34,806 nt of DNA from Macrostomum lignano (GCA_002269645.1 NIVC01003163.1:1-34806), one strand, 5' to 3'; shown: positions 1-27,270, counted from the stretch's first letter. Program-made: numbers and translations. Notes: generated by a model not told the origin, from the letters alone.

Positions 1-122
1 AAACGGACGTCTAGACTTTCAATAAATGACCCCAGTGTTTTGTTAGACTGAGAGAGCCAGCATGATTAAAAAAGCGACTTGCAATTTTGCACGGAGATCA
101 ACTCGTTTATAAATGAAAATTA

Positions 123-1125
123 CAGGTTTGGGTGTTCTCTGGTCCCGAGGGCCACATGCCGCCTGCGAAGCCTCTATCCGGCCCTTGGGTCCTTTGAAAC
201 TTCACAATAGCAGCCCGGCCAGATCAATGTTTGTGCTCTCTTATTTCCTCTCTCCTTTTTTATTCTCTCTCATTTCTCATATCTACTCTCTAGCCTCTCC
301 TCTCTCTGTCCATTCTAGCCTTCCCCTTTTCTCTCTAGCTTCTCCGCTCTCTATTCTGTCTTCTCTAGCCTCTCCCCTTTCCTCTCTAGCCTCTCCCTTT
401 TTCTCTCTAGCCTCTCCCCTTTCCTCTCTAGCCTCTCCCCTTCTCTCTAGCATCTCCCCTTTCTCCCTAGCCTCTCCCCTTTTCTCTCTAGCCCCTCCCC
501 TCTCTCTTCTCTCTAGCCCCTCCCCTTTTCTCTCTAGCCTCTCCCCTTTTCTCTCTAGCCTCTCCCCTTTTCTCTCTAGCCTCTCCCCTTTTCTCTCTAG
601 CCTCTCCCCTTTTCTCTCTAGCCCTCCCCTCTCTCTTCTCTCTAGCCCCTCCTCTCTCCTCTCTAGCCCCTCCTCTCTCCTCTCTAGCCCCTCCTCTCTT
701 TTCTCTACCTCTCCTTTTCTCTCTAGCCCCTCCCCTCTCTCTTCTCTCTAGCATCTCCCCTTTTCTCTCTAGCCCCTCCCCTCTCTCTTCTCTCTAGCCC
801 CTCCTCTCTCCTCTCTAGCCCCTCCCCTTTTCTCTCTAGCCCCTCCCTCTCTCTTCTCTCTAGCCACTCCTCTCTCTCCTCTCTAGCCCCTCCCCTTTTC
901 TCTCTAGCGCCTCCCCTTTTCTCTCTAGCCTCTCCCCTTTTCTCTCTAGCCCTCCCCTCTCTCTAGCCCCTCCCCTCTCTCTTCTCTCTAGCCCCTCCCC
1001 TCTCTCTTTCTCTAGCCTCTCTCTCTTTCTCTCTAGCTTCTCCGCTATCTATTATCTGTCCTCTCTAGCCTCTTCCCTTCTTCTCTTTACTTGGCCCTTG
1101 AGGTAAAAAAGTTTGCCGATCACAG
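123..1125. mobile_element. Degenerate hAT (Charlie-like) MITE-type element with an internal pyrimidine-rich expansion
   Basis: Left end CAGG..GGTCCCGAGGGCCACATGCCGCC and right end GGCCCTTGAGGTAAAAAAGTTTGCCGATCACAG resemble remembered hAT MITE termini (GGGCCACAT.. / ..AAAAAGTTTGCCGACCCCTG). The TIRs are degenerate and no clean 8-bp TSD is visible. Confidence 0.35.
285..1075. repeat. Pyrimidine-rich degenerate minisatellite (CTCTCTAGCCTCTCCCCTTTT-like, ~20-25 bp units)
   Basis: Directly visible tandem units anchored on CTCTAGCC; explains the S/L/P-rich ORF 113-751 and the R/E/G-rich ORF 488-754. Confidence 0.95.
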
Positions 1126-2186
1126 GATTACAGACTTGCTTCTCCAAGACGTATAGCAAAATAAAGCCTTTCCAGATAGTATTCGATGTAATAGATGGAA
1201 TTCGGAGGGACTTCTACCCTATCAAATAATAAAATTTGATATTCATAATTAGACTAAAATTTTTCAGAAACAACAAAAACAAGAAAAAGCTTTCTAGTGA
1301 TATCGGAATCTCACTAAATTGAAGCCTAATGCAAGCCAGATAGGTTATTTCTGTAATCGCAACTACAAGAGATGGCGTCATCCATTTACTCTTTGAACTA
1401 ATGGCATTCGATTGAAATGACAAACCCAGGAAGACAGTGAAGCATCAACCAAAGCAATCAGAAAGCTTTATTGCTTTTAGTATACAGCAACGCGGATTAG
1501 GAATGCTTCGTCAGTAATTAAGCATGAATTGCACAGGGAAAGATGTTAGTTAATCTCCATATAAATTTGACTGTAAAATATCATCAGAAAAAAGTTTCAA
1601 TAAAATCGCATTGCACAGCCCTCAGATACAGAAAACGCGCAGGGACGGAACGAATACAATGTTAAAAAGCAGAATGTTTCACAACAGACCCGCTGGTGAA
1701 CAATGGTAAACAAAAAATTGCACAATTGTATATCACTCAATGTAGACTCAAATTGTCCAGGACGGAACAAAAATTCGACCAGACAGCTCGTAAATATCCG
1801 CCTACCCGCATCAAATAAATAAGTAGCAAGTTGCGGTAAATCAATTCTCCAGTCAACAGAAATTAACCCAAAATGAAAACGGTACCAGGACACAAGAAGC
1901 GTCTCTAAACGACTCAAAAACTACGAGATGACTCATCGTAAAAGACGCCAAAAAGTCGTCAAAGAGTCGCCTAAGAGTCAATTTCTATAGCGCATCTGCG
2001 TCACTGTTTACCAATTAGAATCGCATTTCGCATTTATAACAACTCTATTTAGTCTACTTGAGTTAGTAGTGAGTTTATCGCTAGCACAACAGCTCTCAGA
2101 CGAATTTTTTTGCAACTCAACAGTCGGCCTCTCTGTCGCATTGCAGTCCAACGAGAAACCTAATAGAAAATCGCGCAATAGCATAT

Positions 2187-17941
<15,755 letters not shown>

Positions 17942-18219
17942 CTGCAAAACAATTAGCATCAATCGTTCGCTCGATTTCAAACATAGACAATCGATGTTTC
18001 CCCAGGTCCTGGAGTTCAAAGCACAGATACGCATTTGCTTGCATTTGCAACACGTGCTCTTTTTTGATCCAATACAGTTGATTCGCACCACAGGAAGCGA
18101 CACTTAATGTTTATAAAGAAAAGTTTGGTCTTCGAGCCAATTGAGAGTTAGCAATTAATGATCCAAATAAAACATCATAGAAGCATTTTTAGGACAAATC
18201 TTGTAGGCATGAACATTAG

Positions 18220-18467
18220 TAATAATAATAACTGATTACACCTTCCCGAATTGGGCTGAATGTGCAACCAAAAGCTCACCCGCAGATATTGCGCAGCGCA
18301 TCTTAAGGGTTCATATGGCTGTTCAGTCCATTCACTGGGGGGTCGCCACATGCACCCTTAATACCCCAGCTAATGCTGGCACCCATTTTACAGCTGGGTG
18401 AACTAAAGCAATGCAGAGTTAAGTGTCTTGCTCAAGGACACAAATTGTTACAGTGGGATCAGGAATC
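18220..18467 (-). mobile_element. 5'-truncated copy of the same SINE family
   Basis: Colinear with 16487-16745 (TGATTACACC..GCACCCATTTTACAGCTGGGTGAACT..CTTGCTCAAGGACAC..GTGGGATC); truncated within the B box. Confidence 0.85.
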
Positions 18468-20420
18468 AGTTGTCCATCAGCACACCCCCTGGTCCATCAG
18501 CATGCATTCCCATTGGTCTGTTTATCAATGCACATCCCCCTAATAGAAAATTCTGGGTATGCCAATAAATGTTACAATTATAGCATTTTCTAAATAAATG
18601 TTTATTTTTACTTAAAAATTTAAACATCATTTTGTAATTTGTTGTTACATTTTCATTAAGACAGTTATCCAGCATGCTACCTTTTAATGTACTGACTTCA
18701 CCCTTTAAGTATGTGATATCTCTCTGGTACACTCTGGGTTTTTTTATTCAAATGGGTGCAAATAGCATCTTGGTTTTAAAAATCACACCCTGAAATTTGA
18801 CTCAGGGTGCAAAAAGTACACTAGAATTTTTTGCAAGGATGTGATGCAGATTTCACAATTTAGTGTTATGGACATTGAGTAGTATTATGTTAGACCAGTT
18901 TTTGTCTGCAGCAGTGCAGCGCATCCTGGTCTTGAAAATTGCACCTTGAAATCTAGCACAGGGTGCAAAATTGCATCCAAGTTATGGATGAAAAAACCTA
19001 AGGTTAAGGTACACTGCCTTTCTAGCATGCCACCCCTAGCCCCATTAGTGGGCTACCCTTTAGCCCTTAGTGTGTCATGTGCACCAATACTTCAAAGTGT
19101 AACAGACAACCATCTAACAAAATCTTATTTTTTAATAGGATCTAGGCTTATTTTAAAAGAATATTGATTATGCTCTTATTTTGTATTATACTTTTTATAG
19201 GCCTAATTAAATTAGGTCTGATTATTATTATTATATTATAATAAAGGTTTTATTATATCAAGCCTATCACTCCTGAATCTTATAAATATGCTAGGAAATT
19301 CTAACAAAGGCCTATAATGGATAGGCCCTATAAGAAATGGTTGACATAAAATATCTAATATATAAAATAATCTGCCAGAAAATTGCCTTATAGAACTAGT
19401 GTATAATATAGCTATTGGCATACAAAAGATTAAAATGTCCTTATGCAAGAAAGGGTCCTTTATTGTTGCAATGCCTTTTTGATAATATGCAATATGATTT
19501 ATATGATAAATCATTTATATATATGATATATGATTTTATACAAGTAAATTTGTTTTTCCAATAGGCCTATAAATTTGAATTTATGATATAGTGGGTCACT
19601 TTTTCTAGCATATAGTATAAGTATAAATTTGAGAGTGTGATGACAATAATAAATATTTAATAAATAAATTTATCAAATCACTGACATGTAAGATATTGGA
19701 TTGATAGGGCCTATTTATATAAATTAATTCTTTCTTTTTTACCTATCTATTAGACCTCCCTTGTTCACCTATGTTGCTATGTTATCTACCTTCTATATAT
19801 AGTATGCAGGCCAAATAATTGCATACATAGCTATGGAATATATACTTGATCAAGACTAGGCTAGGCCTAGGACTTTATCAAATATCAACTGTCAACTGAC
19901 ATTATAATGTTAGACTAGATTTTAGGGCATAATAATAACCACACACACAAAAAAACTTAAATTTAGGCAGTAACTCTGATGGACATGGACTATGGTATGA
20001 TTTTGCATTAAAAAGTGTCTCTTGCTGTTAATTAACTAATAAATGATTTAAAAGTAGCAGACCCTAACTAACAAATTTAGATTTATGTAATATGATTTAA
20101 CACAACAATGCACTATGTTTCACAACAACAGATACAATGCCCCAGCGCTCAAGCTTTTTTAAAATAGTAACTTTAACAGCCTATGCCTAGGGTAGGCCTT
20201 AGGCACTGCACACACCACATGTTTAAACTAGTTTCTGCGTAAGCCTATAAATAACAAATTAGATTTACATTAATTAGGCCTGCATTATTTAATACATATA
20301 TAAATAATGTATATAGGGGTCGATATATGTGGGCATAAGGACCTGGCTATATTTTAAGAGTATTTATCTAGGCCTATAATCAATAAAGGGATTTATGTAG
20401 AAGCAAATATCTATAGCCTA
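18468..20420. other. AT-rich, CpG-depleted island; probable hypermutated transposon relic
   Basis: About 4 CpG in ~1.95 kb by manual count, several TAGGCCTA palindromes, GCACCC/GGGTGC inverted motifs and no recognisable intact ORF. Confidence 0.5.
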
Positions 20421-22192
20421 TAGGACGGAAGGGAAAGGGAAAGGGAAACAAGGTGCGCTTTACGTTGGATTTTTTGGAATCTCTGGAAGTCAGTTCAACA
20501 AAAATGTGCGGAATTTTCCTACCTTCTAAAAATAAGAACAAAAAAGAGAGTTTTCAGTACACCCTAATTAATATCAATATCTTCCTTAACTACTTTAGCT
20601 AGGCCAAAAACCATTTTAGAAAGAATACAGAATCGTTTTGTTTTAAGTGACAAAAGTAAAATTTAACTTTGCACTTAACCATTGTCAGCCATGGGCCTGT
20701 ATGGCCAAATTCAGCAGGCTTTGTCTGAGCCAAACACGTACCAGTACCACATAACTAGGACTACAACCAGATGTGTCTAGCGATTCCCCCTCGGATATGG
20801 ACTATCGAGTCCGGAAAGTGAACGGTCAGTGTCACAGCCCTCTACTGACTGAACGACAACGAGTTGGCCAAGCCTGAGGAAAGGAGCATCTAATTCGCAG
20901 AAAAGCAAAAATTCGTGAGACGCTGGTGCTTCGTCAATGAGTTTCTGCAGTTTTCGCCTCTCGTAGCCATTATGCAGGACTGGAACGCTATAGTTGTTAA
21001 AAAACTAGGCTGCAGATCTCATTTGACTTTACATGTAGTTTCGGTCTCGAAGCAAAAATCTCTTCTTTCACTGCTTTTCTTATTTTATCACTCATAAATT
21101 GCGTTTTATCTTAGAAAGGCGCCGCCGGGGTTCAGTTGCGGGACGAGGCATGTACTAAACTGTGTGGCTGCATGGTTAGTAGCAATTGCATCGAGCGACG
21201 GCTTCTGCTACCTCACACCGTCTCCGACAGTCGGTTGTATGCACACCTCCGAGTCCCCTGATTTTGTTCTTAGCTCCAGTTTGGATACGGAGAGCAGATC
21301 GTTGTGTCAATCTTTTTTATCAGTAGCGTGATCAGTGCAGGCCTAGGTTGCAGAGCGTATCTGTAAGATGAAAAAGTGAATCATGGATGCAGGAAAGCTT
21401 TTTAAAAATGATGCGGGCAGAATAAGTCTATATCTCTGATACCTTGCAGGAACGCAAAATGGCTTCACCCAACGTTTCTCAAAAAATCTAACCAAAGCTT
21501 CACCACCTTTGATATGGACAATGACAACAGCATAGACTCTAGAGCCCGGTGTTATGAAAATTCAATGAAAGCAGAGTTCGAAACCCTGATTACGCGGATT
21601 TGATTGAATGGGTGACTCACAACTCAATACCCATCGACAATAAGCAATGCGAGGATAACAAACAATGCTATATTTTTTCCGCGGGAAGATTGCAATAAAC
21701 TCATCTAGTCTGATGACAGTTATTTAAAGTACAGAACGATTTTCAGTCATTTTAATTTTTGTTGACTTGATTAGCTAGCGTTAGCTTGAATGAGTCTCAG
21801 CGAGAAATTGAACCCAGCGAGGACGTTACGTGTCGGCACAGGCTGAGGTCGCCGTTTTGCCTTGATCGTTCCGCGCTTTCCGAAAGCCAACTGTTTCTGA
21901 ATTAGCTGGAGGCCCACGACAAGTGGTGATTGCTTTCCCTCTGATAAAAAAATCATGAGAAAGAAGGTCCATGAACTAGCTCATGCCATTAACTAACAGG
22001 GTTGATCGAGGTTGCGGCACTCATGATAGTTCATCAGGCCTTGTGTTGACTCACTCAAATATGTCAAGCTACATGCAAATACGTTCTAATGCAATACTAG
22101 ACCTGCATAAAAGATCCCACCCGTAGGAATCCAAGCATGCAAGACCCTCGTGCAGCTATGGACGATTACGGCAAGATATGGGAATTTTCATA

Positions 22193-24414
22193 TGATGTAA
22201 CCACGCTCTGGTCGCGGGATAGGGCATGGGAACTTTTTCGTAAGTGCCTCCTATCCCGTGTACCCCCCTGCACAGAGCCGTCGAGACTCGGCCAGGTTTC
22301 CGACCAGGCCTGGAGACTCCCGCTCTGCTGCACCCCCCTGCTGCCTTGGTTCCGTCTCCCCTGCCGCCACACCTGCCTTTCCGGAGCTCCCTGTCCCTCT
22401 CTGTACCCTCCCCTCTACCTTATCTCCCCTGCACTCCACCCTATTCTTCTGGTACTTCCCCTATCCCCCCCTCTTTTGTCTCTCTCTGCACTCTTTTCTT
22501 GCGCTGTCCCCTCTTTCTCTACGTCTACTTACAGTATGTTGTGTGCTCACCGTCCTCCCATCCTTTCCCAAACTCCCAAACGGTGACGCAAGTCGTGTGA
22601 CCCCTTCTCCCCCCCCCGATGACTCATCGATGACTCACCCCCCTCTCTTGCGCAACCTTTTCTCATGCCATTGTTCTCCTCCCCAAATTTCTCATGCGAC
22701 ACCCACCCCACCTCCGCTTCTATTGTTCTCGTTTTTGATTCTTTTGTTCTCTCGACCCCCACCAATTATCACATTTTCTCCGATTTTCTCTTTCTTTTGT
22801 TCTCGTTTTCGCACCTAATTATCACCTTTTCTCCAATGTTTACTTTTCCATTGTTCTCAGTTTTCCCCAATTATCCCCGATTTCCAATTCCTTTGTTCTC
22901 GACCCCAGCCCTATTGTTCTCAATGTTTGCTTGCGCAACACTTTCGCGACCACCCGCTGCGCCAATTATCCCCCCACCCCACCTCCGGATTGCGCAATTT
23001 CCCGATTTCTCATGTTGCTATGCCGGTCTCATGCTTCTCATCATGACTCATTCTGACGTCATTCTGCCGGCAGCCAATCAGAGAGAGGGAGCCATGGTAA
23101 CGACCTTGAGGAGGCGGCTGTGAGGTCTATAAAAGGAAGCGATTTCGGCATGAGAATCCTCAGCCTGCTCGACTCTTCCTCTCCTCGTCCTTCTTTGGAC
23201 TTGCTGTCAGATTGAGTTCTGACCCATTCGTCTATAAGACGAATCCCTGCCAGTCCGCGGTCTGCTACCGCCAAGTTATCCTTAGCTCCCCAAGTGAGCT
23301 CGCCTATCGGCCAGCGGTCTGATACCGCCCAGCATCATCAGCATCGCCTGATCTACATCAGCGCCTCGTCGCTCCAGCGCATCGCCGCTTCACTGTCTGC
23401 CTGACTGCAGCCTACAGCCACCCTCGGTCACTCCGCCTCTCTCTCTCTCTGTGCAGCTGCCGGTAAGTTCCTGTTACTAATTTGTGCTCTAATTGCCTCT
23501 GCTTATCCGGGGTTTGCCTATTTTCCATTGTCTGATTAGAGAGCTGAGCCAATTGTGATACCGTATCTTTTGCTGTATTTTACTCAATAGTGAAGCCGCC
23601 TAATTGCCTGATTATTCGCCTAAGGGCCTAACTATTAACTATTAACTAACTTCATCATTATTCAATCTTTCACCATCATTTAACTCATGGCTTGCTAAGC
23701 CTTTCTCCCGGGGTGGCAAAGCATAAGGGAGTTTGGGTAAGCTAATGGCCTCTCCCCGTGCAAAGCCCGCCTGTGTGAGTGCGTGCGGCGGGTTCGTGAG
23801 TGCGTGCAGTGGAGGGTGATTAGCGAGTCTTGGCACAGAATGGCAGTAGGAAGGTTGCAACCCCATGCTAACGCGTCCCTTCGCCCTGAGCAATCTAAAC
23901 TATAGACAGTACATGTTCGCCTCATACTACTCTTAGTAATCAAAGTCGCAAGTCAGCCTCGCTCACAGCCACAAAGGACCCCCTGCTGAGAAATCCTCCA
24001 GGATTGAGCACAGAGTTCCCGATCATGCCCCAAGCAGAGTCCCTGTACTCGGCTGCATGCGTCTCCCCTGTTAGCCTAAATCCCCTGGTAACCAATCCAG
24101 GCGGGGCTCTAGCCTCGAGAGGTCTGGTAGAAAGATCCAGGTGCGCCAGGTCACATAGAGTGGTGGCAGCCACTCGGTCATACCATGACCGAGTGACCAA
24201 CTATTGCACCTTGGCTACAGGTGGGGTCCATGTGGGTCCTTGGCCCTCTGGTCACGAAGCGCTACCAAAGCTACTAATCATGTGGGCGGGACAGTCTGGT
24301 GCTGGAGGTCCGTCAGGTCATTGCCCGGTCATAGGCAGCCTACGGTCATCGCCCCCTCTAGCCAAGCGTTCGTCTCTCTATAGGAGCGGACAGGCGACAA
24401 GGGCGGTTACATCA
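22193..24414 (+). mobile_element. Solo LTR (2222 bp), probably Ty3/Gypsy type
   Basis: Starts TGATGTAACC (22193) and ends GGTTACATCA (24414), a perfect 10-bp inverted repeat with TG..CA ends. Flanked by a CATA direct repeat (22189-22192, 24415-24418). Contains an internal + strand promoter and no coding capacity. Confidence 0.8.
22989..23135 (+). promoter_or_regulatory. Pol II promoter inside the LTR: C/EBP, AP-1, CRE, CCAAT and TATA
   Basis: ATTGCGCAAT 22989-22998, TGACTCA 23044-23050, TGACGTCA 23054-23061, AGCCAATCAG with CCAAT at 23074-23078, TATAAAAG 23128-23135, in canonical order and spacing. Extra TGACTCA at 22620 and 22631. Confidence 0.75.
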
Positions 24415-24782
24415 CATAATATGATATGAAAAATATGAAAATATATTGAAAATATTCAATAATATGAAAAAGTACTCATAAATCCTCACATGCACTGGTT
24501 CAGTGGTTTCTATGGTTTTGTGATACGTTTCGATTATTTGCGCTTGAACTGACGAAGGATGCTTGGTTGGTGTAAAACTAAAACGTAAACGGCTGAAAAG
24601 TGGGGGATACAGAGTATTCCCGATTTACCCTTAGTATCTATGGCATAAATGCATAAATAAATGCACAGAATGCATTCGTGTCTTACCAATTGACCCCGGC
24701 TTTGCTTTATAAAGCATGTCGCGCTAATATATTTGTACATGTATTTTATCAAAGCTGTAGGCTACATGTGCATGCATCAACA

Positions 24783-27270
24783 ATGACTTGCTCCGGTACG
24801 CATCCTTATTCCCTTCAAATCGCCCAGACAGCAGTGCCGTCGGGTAGCACCGGAGACGAAGTCAGCAGCTCCAAACGGGCAAACTGCAAAAGCGCGGTTA
24901 TTCTAGCCCATCCGTTTCCTCTAGCTGACGTGGCGGATGCCTTTCGAGATAAGTACAGAGCGTACATTGGCTATACAATTGAAACTGCAGGACAGCGGGA
25001 GCTCACTACTCATATGAGCAAGAATGCAATTGAGTAAGCTTTATTTCACTCGTCTATTTCTATACATTTATTCTTATCCTGCATTGAACAATATTGATAC
25101 TGATAGCTTTCACAAATGAAACTGTTTGGATTAGGGACAGGAGTATGCTCAACCAGTAGTCTGCGCCTGATACCTGAACTGTTGTCATTGTTGCAGCAGA
25201 TATAACTAGCCAACCATAATACTTCAAGTGATCTCGTGCACATACTCCACAAACGAACCAGAAAGAATACGACCGCAATGTCTTCATCATATCACTGCAG
25301 TATGAAAAAGTCAATCGAGTGCCTCGGATTCAGGCGTCTGGACGAAGACATGGCCGAGTGTTTGCTAGCTGATGCCGATAAACTGTCTCTGACCGTTTTG
25401 ACTTCTGGCGACGAGAATCCAGCCATCTGTAAGATATCCGTATGGGGTTTTTGATCAGTACAACACGGTTGATCTATTCGTAAAGTAAAAATCTTAATTT
25501 AGCACTAATAGCTTTTAAAACAAAAATATATTGGATAGCAGAGTAGCATTAGTCATTCAAAATTATATTTTTCTTGAAGGCGGTAATTGATTTTGTAATC
25601 GTTTACTTTGTTCTATTAGTTCTTCTACCCGACTTGGAAAGTAGAAATTAAACCATGTATTGAAAGCTTTTTGTAAAGCTGAGTGGAATAAACTAAAAAG
25701 CGAAATAAGCAGAACGCGATTGGTACAAATCGAATTACTTCTAGCTGGTCCAAGCTTCCTGACAGCAAAGCTGAAGGCCGAGCCGCTCAGCGAAATTCTG
25801 GCCTGCGACTGGCAGCTTCACCAACACCTGCGACAGTTGGAGGAGAAATTGAGCCAAGCCAACATAAGCTTCCTTACTGATTCCGGAAGAGTTTATAATA
25901 TTGAATACTTCCTTCCGTTGGCTGTCTGCATGGCAGATGCCAAACATCTTGAGGAAACCCTCGGTGAGAATTTACGCAAATGAATTCATTGAATTAATGC
26001 GATTTTTGACAAATCTTGTCCGATAAATCATTGCAGCATCTCGACCTGGCAAATATCTGATAAAATCATCCAGGTAAAGTTATATGCGGCAACTAGCAAC
26101 AAAACTGAGAGTTAAATATGAGCATTGACACATGGCAGAGCTGCAGGGCCTTGGCGTGTAGGTTGCGCTGTTAGTACCATGCGAAACGCAGAGTCTGCAT
26201 CCGTCTTCTTGCCAGTGCCTGCAGTGTCATTAGCGACTTCTCCTGCACCGCTTGTGGGCTGTTAACTCTGACTCTGAGTTTTGTTGTGGACCTGTGCGGA
26301 AGCAGTTGCTTGAATAGTGTTCGCTCGTGTTCAATTTCATGACTGGCCTTTTAATTATCTCGTACACTTCAGTGCATTATTTCATTCATCATTTTCTAAA
26401 TCTTTTTAAGCCGACAGTTTACTTTACAGCCAACTTAAAAATAACCTTCCCTCGATTGCCAGCAGAAGTTCGAAACCTCGCCAGCGACAGCTGATTAACG
26501 TCCAAAGCAGCAACTCCGCAAAGGCTATCCGCGACTGCCTTCTCAGCGGGACACCTTTGCAACAAGCGTCGCTACAGGCCTATATTGAGCAGCCACTGCT
26601 GGTTGACAAGCGCAAGTTCGACATCCGCACCTTCTTAATGCTTGTCTGTCCAAAGCGGGGCGGAGCTGGTGGCCGAACAAACGATTCCGGCTACTTCGCC
26701 TTCCACCATCCGGGCTTCCTGCATCTTCGTCTCGAGCCATTCAACCCGCAATATCCGGAGCCTTCGCAAGACGGACCGAAATATCAGACGAGTCAGCAGC
26801 TCATGGAGGCTTGCACATGGTATCCGGACGAGCTCAACGCTTACTTGAACAGAAAAAAAGGCTTCAGAATGCCCCCAGACTGGGTCAAAGTTAGGCTGTA
26901 TCCACAAGCGAGAGCTGTTCTGGGCTACCTAGCTGGCTTGCTTCGATGGAACCTACATGATCGCGTCTCCGCAACCAGCAGCTTCCGCATCATCAGCGCC
27001 CACATGCTTCTGGACGAGAGCCTCAGACTGCACCTGCTGAAGTTGGACGATGATGCGCCAAATTGGAGCCGCCCAACCAGCGTGGTGGACTCCGTGCTGT
27101 CGAGCATTTGGCAGGAGGCTGTCTGTCTCGCATGCGAGATTGCCATCAGATTCAGAAGCGGCAGAACCATCAGCGATGATCACTTGGTAACCAGGCGGAA
27201 CTTTCGCATGGTCTACAGCTCAGAGGATCTGTGTCTCGCCAGACAGAGCGTCACTTTGATGTACGACTGA
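24783..27270 (+). CDS. Tubulin-tyrosine-ligase-like protein, TTLL10-like, with a degenerate active site; 5 exons, ~491 aa
   Basis: Phase-consistent exons 24783-25033, 25301-25428, 25745-25963, 26037-26073, 26430-27270 (1476 nt). TTL-family motifs: LGFRRL (GWQRI-like), FLTAK, IEYFLP (EEFFP-like), YLIKS (WICKP position), QAYIEQPLLVDKRKFDIR, PPDWV, MLLDESLRLHLL. The start codon and exon 5 acceptor are inferred. Confidence 0.8.

Noticed and set aside
113-754. ORFs 113-751 and 488-754 (S/L/P-rich, R/E/G-rich)
   Set aside because: Translations of the pyrimidine-rich minisatellite.
1200-2000. ORFs 1214-1423 and 1597-1917 downstream of CC2D2A
   Set aside because: No domain motifs and frequent stops in neighbouring frames; probably 3' UTR or intergenic (a minus-strand AATAAA near 1468 may be the poly(A) signal, unverified).
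20430-22190. Candidate CC2D2A first exon or separate small gene
   Set aside because: Short ORFs only; no ATG plus phase-0 donor combination could be supported.
22596-24155. Nested inner LTR bounded by TGTGACC..GGTCACA
   Set aside because: Flanks (GTCG / TAGA) do not form a target duplication, whereas the outer boundaries have a 10-bp TIR and a CATA TSD. Kept only as a note under the 3' hairpin finding.
25046-25314. Hydrophobic minus-strand ORFs in TTLL intron 1 and exon-like text at 26100-26330
   Set aside because: No recognisable homology and no consistent multi-exon chain; not supportable as a nested gene from sequence alone.
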